Source of the DNA: a bacterium | GTDB taxonomy: Bacteria > Patescibacteriota > Minisyncoccia > Phycocordibacterales > Zambryskibacteraceae | Assembly (NCBI GenBank): GCA_030649135.1 | Contig: JAUSGI010000004.1 | Location: 32,001 to 96,000, forward strand | DNA: 64,000 nucleotides | Reading direction: 5' to 3' | Shown: piece by piece, positions 39,618 through 49,672 of the stretch | Layout of the letters: every line of letters begins with the position of its first letter | How positions within the stretch are numbered: position 1 is the stretch's first letter | Made by a program: the position numbers and the translations under genes | Notes under the pieces: generated by a model | Database searches by the model: none | What the model was told of the DNA's origin: nothing | The model's input: only the letters and a program-made list of their open reading frames with translations

Positions 39618-39632
39618 TTATAAAACAATACT

Positions 39633-39905
39633 ATGAAAACAATAATCCTCATTGTCTTGTTGGGTAGCCTAGTGGCTATTGGCCTAATATTCTACATTTC
39701 CCCTGACTTGACCATTCGTTCATTTCGCGAAGTGATTCTGCCGCAAGACACCCAGCAAGAAGGTGTGGTAGCGTGTCGAAGTATTGCCGACTGCCCATCG
39801 GGTCTTGATTGCTTTAAGCAGGCTGAAGAAACGACTGGTCTCTGTTACAAAAATGGACAAATGAGCCTTCCTACTCCTGTAGACCGAGAACCTAGCATAT
39901 GGTAG
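39633..39905 (+). CDS. small secreted Cys-containing protein
   Basis: signal/TM segment and 4 Cys (CRSIADCPSGLDCF...LCY). Confidence 0.35.
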   Translation: MKTIILIVLLGSLVAIGLIFYISPDLTIRSFREVILPQDTQQEGVVACRSIADCPSGLDCFKQAEETTGLCYKNGQMSLPTPVDREPSIW

Positions 39906-39939
39906 AAAATTTTCTCCGAAGATGATAAGAAGTAATTAA

Positions 39940-39985
39940 GTAGAAAAAACGAAAAGGCCTCTCGCGGTGATGCTATCACTGCGAG
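39940..39985 (-). terminator. rho-independent terminator for the tandem small-peptide genes
   Basis: minus-strand RNA reads ggucucucgcagugauagcaucaccgcgagaggcc then uuuucguuuuuu. Confidence 0.5.
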
Positions 39986-40005
39986 AGACCCTGAACTGCC
40001 GGCTG

Positions 40006-40161
40006 CTACGGTTCGTCGACCTTGAGTACCCGGTGGTCGCCGCTCTTGACCAGGGACTCGTTGTGCGGCCGTGGTCCGAGCGGGAAAGAGATGATGAGGT
40101 AGACGAGGGTGGAGGCGATGATGAAACCAACGAGAACACTTACCAGATTATTCCAATTCAT
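40006..40161 (-). CDS. small single-TM peptide (51 aa), tandem copy 1
   Basis: MNWNNLVSVLVGFIIASTLVYLIISFPLG...; the leader AACAGAAAGGAACAAGAACATG is shared with copy 2. Confidence 0.4.
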   Translation of the reverse strand: MNWNNLVSVLVGFIIASTLVYLIISFPLGPRPHNESLVKSGDHRVLKVDEP

Positions 40162-40278
40162 GTTCTTGTTCCTTTCTGTTGATTGGGTTGTCTCACATCC
40201 GGTTAGGCCACCGTGGACCAGAACTTCTGCCACACAGTGTATCTTATTTCTATCAGTTTGTCAAGTAATCAAACCGTG

Positions 40279-40434
40279 CTCAAAGTTGGATTGGAGTGGG
40301 CTGGTCACCTACGGTCTGGTTACCAAGAAGGTGATTCCTACGGCCATCCCGACTGCAACAACGGCGAACGCAAGAAAAATAGCGATAACTACGATGACTG
40401 AACTTCTAAGCGATCTCTGGCACCTCGTATCCAT
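40279..40434 (-). CDS. small single-TM peptide (51 aa), tandem copy 2
   Basis: hand translation: MDTRCQRSLRSSVIVVIAIFLAFAVVAVGMAVGITFLVNQTVGDQPTPIQL; same ~35-nt leader and RBS as copy 1. Confidence 0.35.
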
Positions 40435-40571
40435 GTTTGTTCCTTTCTGTTGAGTTGGCGTTGTCACTGACTACAATGTTCTGCTTTGAACACTATACTT
40501 TTCTTCTAAAAATACAACAAACCGCCCGCTATTATTGTGCAAGAACCGTTCTTGCATAATTACTAAATTGA

Positions 40572-41003
40572 TTATCCTAATCTATCTTTATATAGAGCTA
40601 GAAAGTTTGGAAATTGGGAGTGGAGAGGGTGGGGTAGGGAATCTAATTTAAACCATTGCACGTCGTCAAACTTATGAGGTTCGCCGTTCTTAACCTTGTC
40701 CTTATCCACCAAAACTTTGAAGTCCAAAGCAATCCAATGAGTTTTCTTGCCATTGTGAGTTCTATGGGCGTCCCTGTAGCCGAGGAATTCGTATCCTAAA
40801 ACATCTGTGCAATATTCTTCGAAAATCTCTTTTTTGAGTGTTTCCTCTACCGTATCTCCGAATTCCAGGCTGCCACCGCCCGGATCCCAAGCGCCATGTT
40901 CGTCACGACAGTTCACACTCCTTTTGTTAAGAAGGATATTGCCGTTACCGTCATGGCAACAGTAAACGATTGTTACTCCTGTATAGTCCTCTCCTTTTTT
41001 CAT
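40572..41003 (-). CDS. NUDIX hydrolase
   Basis: NUDIX box GGGSLEFGDTVEETLKKEIFEE. Confidence 0.8.
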   Translation of the reverse strand: MKKGEDYTGVTIVYCCHDGNGNILLNKRSVNCRDEHGAWDPGGGSLEFGDTVEETLKKEIFEEYCTDVLGYEFLGYRDAHRTHNGKKTHWIALDFKVLVDKDKVKNGEPHKFDDVQWFKLDSLPHPLHSQFPNFLALYKDRLG

Positions 41004-41060
41004 ATGGCTATTGTATCAAAAACAAAAAACACCCGATTAGGTGTTTTTTGTTTTCTACCG

Positions 41061-41469
41061 TGGTGGAGATGGCGCGAATCGAACGCGCGTGCAAGAAGAA
41101 ATCGGAGTGAAGTCTACGCGAAGTAGTTTGCTTCATTTGATTCAAGAAATGAGGTACAAAACAAACAAAAGCCCTCAAATCTCTATCCTCTAAGTTTTGA
41201 AATAAGGCGAGGAGATCTTATTCCGTAAGTCCCGTCTGAATTACACAGCTTCCCGGGCATGAGACACTCCCAGAGGCTACGTCGCAAGGCTCGAGTTAAA
41301 CTCGAACGTAAGCGAAAGCGAAGTCGTTTCTCGTAAAATACGGAGAAACAATTGACTTCACTCGTGAGACAATTGAGTCTGCACTTAAATTTTGAAGCAG
41401 ATTAAAGAGTTACTTCAGCTCTTTCGCGCATCAATCCGATGAATCTCCCTGTCTAGGCCGATCATCCCC
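41061..41469 (-). ncRNA. ssrA: tmRNA (SsrA), adjacent to smpB
   Basis: minus-strand 5' GGGGATG pairs with 3' CATCTCC-A-CCA, giving a G3·U70 Ala identity pair; T-arm GCGCG-TTCGATT-CGCGC precedes the acceptor; candidate tag ORF AAC GAC TTC GCT TTC GCT TAC GTT CGA GTT TAA parallels the E. coli AAC GAC ... TAA frame; ends approximate. Confidence 0.6.
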
Positions 41470-41514
41470 ATATTCAAATCATCGCCGAAGGCGAGATCCC
41501 GCCATAGGCGGTGA

Positions 41515-41973
41515 TTACAATGTTCTCTTCAGGTCTCTCTCGACGTCCCGCTTTTTAATCGCTTGGCGCTTATCGAATTTCTTTTTACCACGGGCGATAG
41601 CGATGTCGAGCTTCAGAAACCTACCCTTATTATACACCGAAAGAGGGACAATTGTCAATCCTTTGGTTCCTTCCGCTATTCTTAACTCTTCCAGTTCGTC
41701 TCTGGAGAGCAGAAGTTTGCGAGTTCGCATGGGGTCATAATCTTTTGGCGCATTTTTGGGTTGATAGGCGGGAATACTGGCACCAATCAAAAAGGCTTCA
41801 CCACCGCCAAGGCGGGGCAAGTTGCCTCGTATCGCCACGAATGTCCCCCTCAAACTGCATTTCCCGTCTCGCACGGACTTCACTTCCATACCTAAAAGTT
41901 CCATGCCAGCCGTGAAGTGCTTGAGAATCTCGTAATCAAATAATGCCTTGGAATTATCCGCCAATCTTGCCAT
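41515..41973 (-). CDS. smpB: SsrA-binding protein
   Basis: ADNSKALFDYEILKHFTAGMELLGMEVKSVRDGK (SmpB N-terminal signature). Confidence 0.9.
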   Translation of the reverse strand: MARLADNSKALFDYEILKHFTAGMELLGMEVKSVRDGKCSLRGTFVAIRGNLPRLGGGEAFLIGASIPAYQPKNAPKDYDPMRTRKLLLSRDELEELRIAEGTKGLTIVPLSVYNKGRFLKLDIAIARGKKKFDKRQAIKKRDVERDLKRTL

Positions 41974-42027
41974 GACAGAATAATAGCAAAAAATAGTCAA
42001 ATCTCATTTTTTCAGTATAATGCCACT

Positions 42028-43959
42028 ATGAAGATGCCGCTCAATAAACCCAAGAAATTTATCATCACCAAGTCGCCCAAGGGCAGCGGCACTCCGCCCG
42101 GCCGAGCTCTTTTAAAACAGGTATTTCTTGTCCTCGTTATTTTCTTATCTTTGGTTAGTATCTATTCGTTAATTTCCGATGTTTCCAAGTCGGTCGAAGA
42201 AATTCCTCTCTCCACTCTGGCTCAAGAAATAGCTCTCGGTAAAGTTTCGTCCATCACCATTGTTGGTGATAAGCTCGAGATTGTCTTTATTGAAGGCGAA
42301 GATAAAGTTTCTAAGAAGGAAGCCGGTACCGCTCTCTCCACCACGCTTAAAAATTATAATGTTTCTCCGGAGGCGCTCTCTAAGGTGGATATTGAAGTCA
42401 AAAATGACCAAGGGCTTTTGTATTGGTTCGTTTCGCTTGCTCCCATTATTTTGCCCATCGCTTTTATAGTTTTCTTCCTGTGGTTTCTTTCAAGACAAGT
42501 GAAAGGTGCCGGTATGCAGGCCTTTACCTTCGGTCAATCGAAGGCGCGCATGACCCATCCGGATGATAAGAGCCAGAAGGTTACTTTCAAGGATGTGGCC
42601 GGGTGCAAAGAAGCCAAGGAAGAACTTCGCGAGATAGTGGATTTCCTCAAGAATCCTAAAAAGTTTCTCGACATCGGGGCGCGTATTCCCAAAGGCATAC
42701 TTCTTATGGGGGCGCCGGGTACGGGCAAGACCCTGCTTGCCCGCGCGGTCGCGGGCGAGGCGGGGGTATCATTCTTTTCCATCTCCGGTTCGGAGTTTGT
42801 AGAAATGTTTGTGGGAGTGGGCGCTTCACGTGTGCGCGACCTCTTTGACTTGGCCAAGAAGGCGGCCCCGGCTATTATTTTTGTTGACGAAATAGATGCG
42901 GTTGGTCGAGTGCGAGGCACTGGAGTCGGGGGCGGCAACGACGAGCGCGAGCAGACTCTCAATCAGATTCTGGTCGAGCTTGACGGTTTCGAGCCCAATG
43001 AAAAAGTTATTGTCATGGCGGCCACCAATCGTCCCGACGTGCTCGACCCGGCGCTTCTACGTCCGGGGCGATTTGATAGGCGGGTAACGCTTGATTTGCC
43101 TGACCGTAAAGACAGGGAAGAAATTCTTTTGATACACGCGCGACAAAAACCGTTTGCCGAAGATGTCAATCTGGTTTTAATCGCCGAGCGGACGCCCGGC
43201 TTTTCCGGCGCCGACCTCTATTCGCTGATGAATGAGGCGGCGATTCTTGCGGCGCGCGAAGAGCGTAGCAAAGTCTCGCAATTTGACCTCATCCGTTCAA
43301 TTGAGAAGGTGATGCTCGGTCCGGAAAGGAAGAGTCACATCCTTTCCCGGAAAGAAAAAGAGTTGACCGCTTTCCACGAAGCCGGCCACGCGGTGACTGC
43401 TTCCGTGCTTCCATATGCCGACCCGGTTCATAAAATTTCTATCATTTCCCGTGGCCGCGTGGCCGGCTATGTTTTGAAGTTGCCGTTCGAAGACCGCAAA
43501 CTCCAGTCCAAAAAAGAATTTCTGGATGATATCGCGGTAGGACTCGGCGGTTACGTGGTGGAGAAAACTATTTTCAACGATTTAACCACCGGTCCGTCAA
43601 ATGACCTCCAAGTTGCTACGGCTCTGGCGCGCGATATGGTGACCAAGTACGGTATGAGCGAGAAGATGGGGCCAATCGCGCTTGAGGGTGCCGGCGGCAA
43701 ACCGCTCTTTGGTCTTGGTGTCGGGGACAAAGAATATTCGGAGAAAGTGGGAGCCGAAATTGATGCCGAAGTCTACAAGATTATGAACGAGGCGATGAAG
43801 AAGGTGGAGAAGATTATTAAAGAGCATCGAAAAGTGCTTGATACCATCGCTCGGCGACTGATTGAAGTCGAAACTATTGAACGAAAAGAGTTTGAAGAAA
43901 TACTGGTGGCACACGGTATTGTGCCGAAGAAGAAGAAAGATATCGAGCACCAATCATAA
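42028..43959 (+). CDS. ftsH: ATP-dependent zinc metalloprotease FtsH
   Basis: Walker A GAPGTGKT; SRH; HEAGHA zinc site; N-terminal TMs. Confidence 0.95.
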   Translation: MKMPLNKPKKFIITKSPKGSGTPPGRALLKQVFLVLVIFLSLVSIYSLISDVSKSVEEIPLSTLAQEIALGKVSSITIVGDKLEIVFIEGEDKVSKKEAGTALSTTLKNYNVSPEALSKVDIEVKNDQGLLYWFVSLAPIILPIAFIVFFLWFLSRQVKGAGMQAFTFGQSKARMTHPDDKSQKVTFKDVAGCKEAKEELREIVDFLKNPKKFLDIGARIPKGILLMGAPGTGKTLLARAVAGEAGVSFFSISGSEFVEMFVGVGASRVRDLFDLAKKAAPAIIFVDEIDAVGRVRGTGVGGGNDEREQTLNQILVELDGFEPNEKVIVMAATNRPDVLDPALLRPGRFDRRVTLDLPDRKDREEILLIHARQKPFAEDVNLVLIAERTPGFSGADLYSLMNEAAILAAREERSKVSQFDLIRSIEKVMLGPERKSHILSRKEKELTAFHEAGHAVTASVLPYADPVHKISIISRGRVAGYVLKLPFEDRKLQSKKEFLDDIAVGLGGYVVEKTIFNDLTTGPSNDLQVATALARDMVTKYGMSEKMGPIALEGAGGKPLFGLGVGDKEYSEKVGAEIDAEVYKIMNEAMKKVEKIIKEHRKVLDTIARRLIEVETIERKEFEEILVAHGIVPKKKKDIEHQS

Positions 43960-43975
43960 TTCGGGTTAGAATAAG

Positions 43976-44905
43976 GTGATGTATAAGAGGCCCGCTCTCC
44001 TGGTTCTTCTCGCTCTGGTAGCTTTTTTGGCTGTGGCTAAGCCTCACTTGTCCCTATACGAAGATACTCGTAATTTTCTGGCCGCTACTTTTTTCGTGCC
44101 AAGTATTACTATGAGCGATTTGAAGCATAAGTATCTTGAGGCAGAACGGACAGGCGAGAAGATTAGGATAGTTTTGGTGCCGGGCCATGAGCCCCACTTT
44201 GGCGGAGCTGAGTTCGGCAAACTCAAGGAGCGTGACATGAACGTGGACCTGGCTCAAGAGCTTAAAGATAAGCTCGAGAGTGATAAGCGTTTCGAAATTA
44301 TCATGACTCGTGACAAGGATAACTGGAATCCGAAGTTGGAAAAATATTTTGATGCTAACTGGGAAGCTATCAAGGATTTCACCAAGGTTAAAAAGACGGA
44401 GATGAACCTGCTCGTCGCCGAAGGCAAGGTTAAGAAAGTGTTGAGCGGCATAGAACACAATACCGCGCCCGGTGACGTGGCTTACAGACTCTTCGGTATT
44501 AACCGCTGGTCAAGGGATATTGGCGCAGACGTTCTCATACACATACACTTCAACGATTATCCTCGCTCACGCGCTTATTTGCCTGGAAGACATAAGGGCT
44601 TTGCCATCTATATACCCGATAAACAGTATTCAAATTCCGTGGCTACCAAGGAAATTGCAACCAATATATTTGAAAGACTGGAGAACTTTTTCGTGATAAG
44701 TGATTTGCCGGAGGAGGACATTGGCATTATTGAAAGTCAAGACTTGATTGCAGTAGGGCAGAGTAATAGTCTCGATGCCGCGAGTATCCTCATCGAATAC
44801 GGGTATATCTACAGGCCGCAGTTTACCCGCCAAGTTTCCCGCGCGAGTCTCATTGAACAGATGGCGGAACAGACCTATCTGGGACTGGAAGATTCTTTTA
44901 AATGA
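43976..44905 (+). CDS. cell-wall amidase-like protein (Amidase_3/SpoIIP-like)
   Basis: signal peptide; IRIVLVPGHEPHFGGAE resembles the Amidase_3 N-terminal metal site; later HIHFND. Confidence 0.45.
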   Translation: MMYKRPALLVLLALVAFLAVAKPHLSLYEDTRNFLAATFFVPSITMSDLKHKYLEAERTGEKIRIVLVPGHEPHFGGAEFGKLKERDMNVDLAQELKDKLESDKRFEIIMTRDKDNWNPKLEKYFDANWEAIKDFTKVKKTEMNLLVAEGKVKKVLSGIEHNTAPGDVAYRLFGINRWSRDIGADVLIHIHFNDYPRSRAYLPGRHKGFAIYIPDKQYSNSVATKEIATNIFERLENFFVISDLPEEDIGIIESQDLIAVGQSNSLDAASILIEYGYIYRPQFTRQVSRASLIEQMAEQTYLGLEDSFK

Positions 44906-44911
44906 CGAATC

Positions 44912-45115
44912 TCACATTCCTCCTTGAGGGGAGCAATTGCGACAGAGTCCTTTGTGGCTGAAGATTTCGTAAAGGGCCGAAAGGGCGACTAGGACGTAGA
45001 TGGCTGTGGCTACTCCGCTCGGCACGTAGTTGCCGATGCCGTAATTAGCAGCCTCGAGACCCCAGTTAAGACCACCGATGATAAGCAGAACAAATGTAAT
45101 CTTGTGAATTTTCAT
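44912..45115 (-). CDS. DUF378-family small membrane protein
   Basis: LIIGGLNWGLEAANYG matches the DUF378 core. Confidence 0.6.
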   Translation of the reverse strand: MKIHKITFVLLIIGGLNWGLEAANYGIGNYVPSGVATAIYVLVALSALYEIFSHKGLCRNCSPQGGM

Positions 45116-45175
45116 ACAATTAATTAGCTGCTAAGTTAATCGCTCACCGATATTCATTATATCAGAATATGCACG

Positions 45176-45772
45176 CTAGATATCCCAATGGTTCTCCCCG
45201 TCCTGTTTCGTCTGAAGGTTTGCCTTGACTCCGGTATGACTTGAGGCGGTAATCTGCATAATGATATCTTTCACTTTATCGGGTCTGGGAATCTGGTGAA
45301 AGACGAAATGTTTTTCCGACGCGGCGGTTTGAACCGTTACATCTCCGAATCGAAGCATGGTTTCCACAAACCCGTTGGTATGCGTGGAGACATCCTGTAT
45401 GCGGTGGCTGTGTAGTTCGGAAATCTTCTGGTTGAAAAGGCCGCGCTGGTCGCTGTCAATGATACGGCTGTCGGTAATGATGACGATGTTAAGCGTATAG
45501 ATAGTCAGGACGTGGAAGATAGCCAGCCACAAGCCTAGATACCAGATGCTTGATACGAAAAGGAAAAAGTCGAGCCAGCCGTACGCCGAAATGTATGACA
45601 AAAACATGGAACCGGCAACGACCGGTACAAGACCAGCTACGGTGAAAAATCCAACTCGCACCGAGACATTGAAGAGGTGCTGTCGCAGAAGTAACAAGAC
45701 TTTTTCACCCTCTTTTTGTCCCTCGAAGGAATTTGCGGATTCTTGAAAGATTGAGAAAAGCGATTTTATCAT
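45176..45772 (-). CDS. hypothetical membrane protein
   Basis: two central TM helices; no motif recognised. Confidence 0.4.
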   Translation of the reverse strand: MIKSLFSIFQESANSFEGQKEGEKVLLLLRQHLFNVSVRVGFFTVAGLVPVVAGSMFLSYISAYGWLDFFLFVSSIWYLGLWLAIFHVLTIYTLNIVIITDSRIIDSDQRGLFNQKISELHSHRIQDVSTHTNGFVETMLRFGDVTVQTAASEKHFVFHQIPRPDKVKDIIMQITASSHTGVKANLQTKQDGENHWDI

Positions 45773-45987
45773 TGTGGTAAGAGAGCGTTGATATCGATAC
45801 TCACAAACAGGACTATCGCCGCGCCGGAAAGGACGACCGAACCGAAAAGGAAGACGGCGGCAAACCTTTTCGGCTGAACACCGATGCCGAAGCGGGTGAG
45901 ATGGTAGAGGATGATGAAAGTCGCACCCCAGTAGACGAGGAATACGAACGCGGCTAGAAAGTTAAAAATGATTTCTAAAGAGAGCAT
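45769..45987 (-). CDS. small 2-TM membrane protein
   Basis: 72 aa, hydrophobic; translationally coupled to the downstream gene. Confidence 0.3.
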   Translation of the reverse strand: MLSLEIIFNFLAAFVFLVYWGATFIILYHLTRFGIGVQPKRFAAVFLFGSVVLSGAAIVLFVSIDINALLPQ

Positions 45988-46020
45988 GAATGTTGGGCTT
46001 ATATTTATTTTAACATCATT

Positions 46021-47346
46021 TCAGCTGTTCTTGTGCCACCCAACAAGCCTGTCAGAAATATTTGTAATACTCCCGGCTCCCATAAAAAGTAAGACATCCC
46101 CATTAGCAACCTCATTTTTAATTGTATGGAGTACATCTTTGAAATTTCTCACAAATCTAGTGGGTTGAGAAAGGGCAATTTTTTGGGCCAGACTTTTCGC
46201 GCCTCGATTTTTTTTAGAATCCGATTCGCGGCCCAGAACCGTATAAGTTTCGAGGATTATCACTTGGTCAGCTTCGTGGAAGGCCTTAGCAAAATCCGAA
46301 AAAAGTAAGGATAGACGTTCCGCTAGATGTGGCTGGAATATAACCCAAATTTTAGCTTTAGGAAATTTTTCTCTGGCACCGGATAATGTTGCTTTAATTT
46401 CCGTCGGGTGATGTGCATAATCATCGTAAATCTTCGCTTTTCTATATATACCGCGGTACTCGAATCTGCGCCACGTTCCCATAAATCTAGAAAATACCTT
46501 GTCTCGAACCAAAACTGGAATACCTAGAAAACTTCCCAATGTATCACAAGCCATTGCGTTTGAATGATTATGTGCTCCCGGAATTTTCAAGAGGGATTTT
46601 ACTTTTGCTGCTCGTGCTCCTTGCCGATCATAATATGCTATCTTTGTCTTGGTCTTTAATTGTAACGATGCAAGATTTTTGTCTTCGTGGTTCAATACCA
46701 GATACCCATTCTCCTTCACCCTGCTGATAAAAGTACGGAAGGCTTTTTTAATATTTTCGAACGTCTTATAAAACTCAAGATGCTCCCGGTCAATATTGGT
46801 AATAATAGCTGCAAATGGAGTGTAATGAAGAAACGAGCCGTGGAACTCATCTGCCTCCAAAACAAGCCATTCTGACTTTCCCTTCCGAAAATTAGAATCA
46901 CCAAACGCCTTTAGTCTCGTTCCCACTATGATAGTGGGGTCAAAGCCGGCTTTCAGAAGCATCAATCCTACTAACGCTGTCGTTGTGGACTTTCCATGAG
47001 CGCCGGCGACTGCGATTGTCTTATAATTTTTCGTCAGCTCGCCAAGCGCTTCGGCGTAGGAAAATTGTGGAATTTTGAGTGACGTTGCCTTTTTACGTTC
47101 GGAATTTTCTTTTTTAACAGCGACACTATAAATCACACGCGAAACATCAGGACTAAGCCAGTTAGCGTTATGGAGGCCAGTATGTATTACCGCACCATGA
47201 CGAATTAAATTATTGGTGATAGGTGAACGAATAGCATCGGAGCCGGTAACATGCCAACCTTCCGAAAGATACCACTGTGCCAAAGCAGAGACACCAATAC
47301 CACCAATCCCGACAAAATGTACTCTCCGGTTTTTTGCTTGGCTCAT
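46021..47346 (-). CDS. murC: UDP-N-acetylmuramate--L-alanine ligase
   Basis: VHFVGIGGIGVSALAQWYL...VTGSD Rossmann N-terminus and GKSTTT P-loop; start at MSQAKN (the longer ORF reads through the adjacent tRNA). Confidence 0.85.
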   Translation of the reverse strand: MSQAKNRRVHFVGIGGIGVSALAQWYLSEGWHVTGSDAIRSPITNNLIRHGAVIHTGLHNANWLSPDVSRVIYSVAVKKENSERKKATSLKIPQFSYAEALGELTKNYKTIAVAGAHGKSTTTALVGLMLLKAGFDPTIIVGTRLKAFGDSNFRKGKSEWLVLEADEFHGSFLHYTPFAAIITNIDREHLEFYKTFENIKKAFRTFISRVKENGYLVLNHEDKNLASLQLKTKTKIAYYDRQGARAAKVKSLLKIPGAHNHSNAMACDTLGSFLGIPVLVRDKVFSRFMGTWRRFEYRGIYRKAKIYDDYAHHPTEIKATLSGAREKFPKAKIWVIFQPHLAERLSLLFSDFAKAFHEADQVIILETYTVLGRESDSKKNRGAKSLAQKIALSQPTRFVRNFKDVLHTIKNEVANGDVLLFMGAGSITNISDRLVGWHKNS

Positions 47347-47356
47347 AGATAACGTG

Positions 47357-47430
47357 TCCACCCTCTTGGATTCGAACCAAGGACCCCAGAGGTATAAGCT
47401 CTGTGCTCTAACCAGCTGAGCTAAGGGTGG
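47357..47430 (-). tRNA. tRNA-Ile with anticodon UAU
   Basis: minus-strand cloverleaf CCACCCT-TA-GCTCAGCTGGTTAGAGC-A-CAGAG-CTTATAC-CTCTG-GGGTC-CTTGG-TTCGAAT-CCAAG-AGGGTGG-A; perfect 7-bp acceptor; anticodon loop CUUAUAC; CCA not encoded. Confidence 0.75.
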
Positions 47431-47458
47431 TATCAACACAATATCTCAAAATAGCGGT

Positions 47459-49594
47459 TTATTCAAAATGAATTTTGGTGGCGGAAGATTCGAGGCGTTC
47501 TTTCAGTAGCGGAAATTTTGAAAGTTCTGAATCATTTGCGATAAGTTTAATTGCCTCCGCGCGTGCCGCTTCAACCATCTTGATATTTTTAATCGCTTCC
47601 ATGCCGAGGTCAGAGATACCCCATTGTTTTCTCCCTGCCAGTTCGCCCGCGCCTCTTTGGACCAAATCAAATTCCGCCAATTCAAAACCATTTTTCGCCG
47701 TTACCAAAGCTTTGAGCCTTTCTCTTGATTTCTCGCCTTGGCTTTCCGTAAACACATAACAATATGCCTGGTGATTGGAGCGGATGACTCTGCCTCGGAG
47801 TTGATGGAGTTGCGCCAAGCCGAATCGTTCCGCGCCCTCTATCACGATAAGTGAAGCATTTTCGACATTGACGCCCACCTCTACCACTGATGTCGCTACT
47901 AAGATATCAATCTTTTTATCTTCGAAATCGCGCATCACCTTTTCTTTTTCCACCGGTCGCATTTTGCTGTGGAGAATTCCAATCTCGTATTCCGGAAAAA
48001 TTTCTTTTTTAAGTCGCTTAGCTTCTTCTTTAACCGACTTGGCCTGGACGGCTAATTCTTTGGTCGGGTCGGGTTCATCTATTCTCGGGCAAATGACGTA
48101 GAGTTGCCGGCCGGCCTCCAGCTCCAATCTAATTTTTTCATACGCACCACCTCTTCTTTCTGGAGTGACGACTTCAGTAATAATTTTCTTCCGGCCGATA
48201 GGCATCTCGTCGATAAGTGACAAGTCTAGGTCGCCGTAAAGTGTCAGTGCAAGTGTGCGGGGGATGGGAGTGGCGGTCATTGATAATAAATGCGGAGTAA
48301 TCTCATGTTTATTGACGAGTTTTTGCCTTTGAGCGGTGCCGAAGCGGTGTTGCTCATCCACAATCACTAGCGCGAGGTGTTTGAATTTGACACTCTTTTG
48401 AATCAGGGCATGAGTACCGATGAGAACGGCAATCTCACCGGAGGCAACCCATTTTAATAATTGCGTTCTAGAAATATCCGTCCATCCATCCGGGTTTAAC
48501 TTAGATGGAAATTTGCGACAGCCGGAACCAGTAATGAGAGCAATGTTTACAGGCAGATGCTTAAAATATTTTATGAAAGATTCGAAGTGTTGCTGGGCAA
48601 GGATTTCGGTCGGTGCCATGTAAGCCGACTGGAGGGTGCCGAAGTCCTGACCTTTCGGCTTGGAAGTGGTTATGGCATAAACTGCCGTGGCGGCGATGGC
48701 CGTTTTGCCGGAGCCCACGTCCCCCTCGAGTAGTCGGCTCATGGGATGTCCGCGGTGAAAGTCGTCAAGAATGTGCTGGATAGACCTCTTTTGTGTCGCT
48801 GTAGCCTCGAACGGAAATCTTTTTACAAATTTTTCCAGTTCCTCTTCACTTTTTTCTATGATAAAAGCGTTGCGCTCCTTGAATTCATGACGTACTTTCT
48901 GTCTTTCTAGCTGGATGAAGAATATTTCTTCGAACGCGAAGCGTTTGCGCGCCATTTGCGCGTGCTCCTCTTTTTTCGGTGTATGGATATAAATGAGAGA
49001 AGTGCGGAGGTCTGGTAGACTATATTTTTTCAAAATCTCTGCCGGTATAGGGTCTACAATCTCATCAAGAATCTTGGAAACAAAGAGATTTTGGATTTTG
49101 TGGTAAATCCAGTTGGAAGTGAGTCCTCGCGTTTCCGGATAAATAGGATAGAGAGAATGCGTTCGGCTAGTTTGAGTAAACAAATCTGGTGCGCTTTCAA
49201 CTTTTGGGTTCGAGAAATATAACTGACCATTTCTCTCCGAAACTTTTCCTTCCACTCGGACATTTGAACCTTCGGCTATCATTTTGGCCAGGTAGGCTTG
49301 ATGGAACCAAATAATTTTTATTTTACCCGTATCGTCTTCTACCACTCCTTCGGCCATGGGAATTTTCTTCCGGAAAGCTTTAGAAGTTTTCAGTCCGGAG
49401 ATGTTGCCAAAGATGACAGCGACACTTCCTTTTGTAAGCGTCTCAATTTTTTGCACTTGTGCCGTATCGCCGTAGCGCGCGGGGACGTGATAGAGCAAGT
49501 CTTTAATACTCGTAATCCCGAGCTTCTTTAACGCTTTCTGTTGTACCGGCAAAATGCGAAACGAGCTCAAGAGAGAATCATCCAATTTCATCAT
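47459..49594 (-). CDS. recG: ATP-dependent DNA helicase RecG
   Basis: helicase motifs GDVGSGKTAIA and DEQHRFG; 711 aa. Confidence 0.9.
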   Translation of the reverse strand: MMKLDDSLLSSFRILPVQQKALKKLGITSIKDLLYHVPARYGDTAQVQKIETLTKGSVAVIFGNISGLKTSKAFRKKIPMAEGVVEDDTGKIKIIWFHQAYLAKMIAEGSNVRVEGKVSERNGQLYFSNPKVESAPDLFTQTSRTHSLYPIYPETRGLTSNWIYHKIQNLFVSKILDEIVDPIPAEILKKYSLPDLRTSLIYIHTPKKEEHAQMARKRFAFEEIFFIQLERQKVRHEFKERNAFIIEKSEEELEKFVKRFPFEATATQKRSIQHILDDFHRGHPMSRLLEGDVGSGKTAIAATAVYAITTSKPKGQDFGTLQSAYMAPTEILAQQHFESFIKYFKHLPVNIALITGSGCRKFPSKLNPDGWTDISRTQLLKWVASGEIAVLIGTHALIQKSVKFKHLALVIVDEQHRFGTAQRQKLVNKHEITPHLLSMTATPIPRTLALTLYGDLDLSLIDEMPIGRKKIITEVVTPERRGGAYEKIRLELEAGRQLYVICPRIDEPDPTKELAVQAKSVKEEAKRLKKEIFPEYEIGILHSKMRPVEKEKVMRDFEDKKIDILVATSVVEVGVNVENASLIVIEGAERFGLAQLHQLRGRVIRSNHQAYCYVFTESQGEKSRERLKALVTAKNGFELAEFDLVQRGAGELAGRKQWGISDLGMEAIKNIKMVEAARAEAIKLIANDSELSKFPLLKERLESSATKIHFE

Positions 49595-49672
49595 GCCATT
49601 GTACTCTAGAGCCGGAATCCGCCCAAAGAAAATGCCCCACCCTCCGGGAGGGTGGGGCGCGCTTGCGGGTGG

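Noticed and set aside
46021-47439. murC N-terminal extension MLIPPLAQLVRAQSLYLWGPWFESKRV
   Set aside because: This stretch is the reverse-complement translation of the tRNA-Ile gene. The true start is the downstream Met (MSQAKN).
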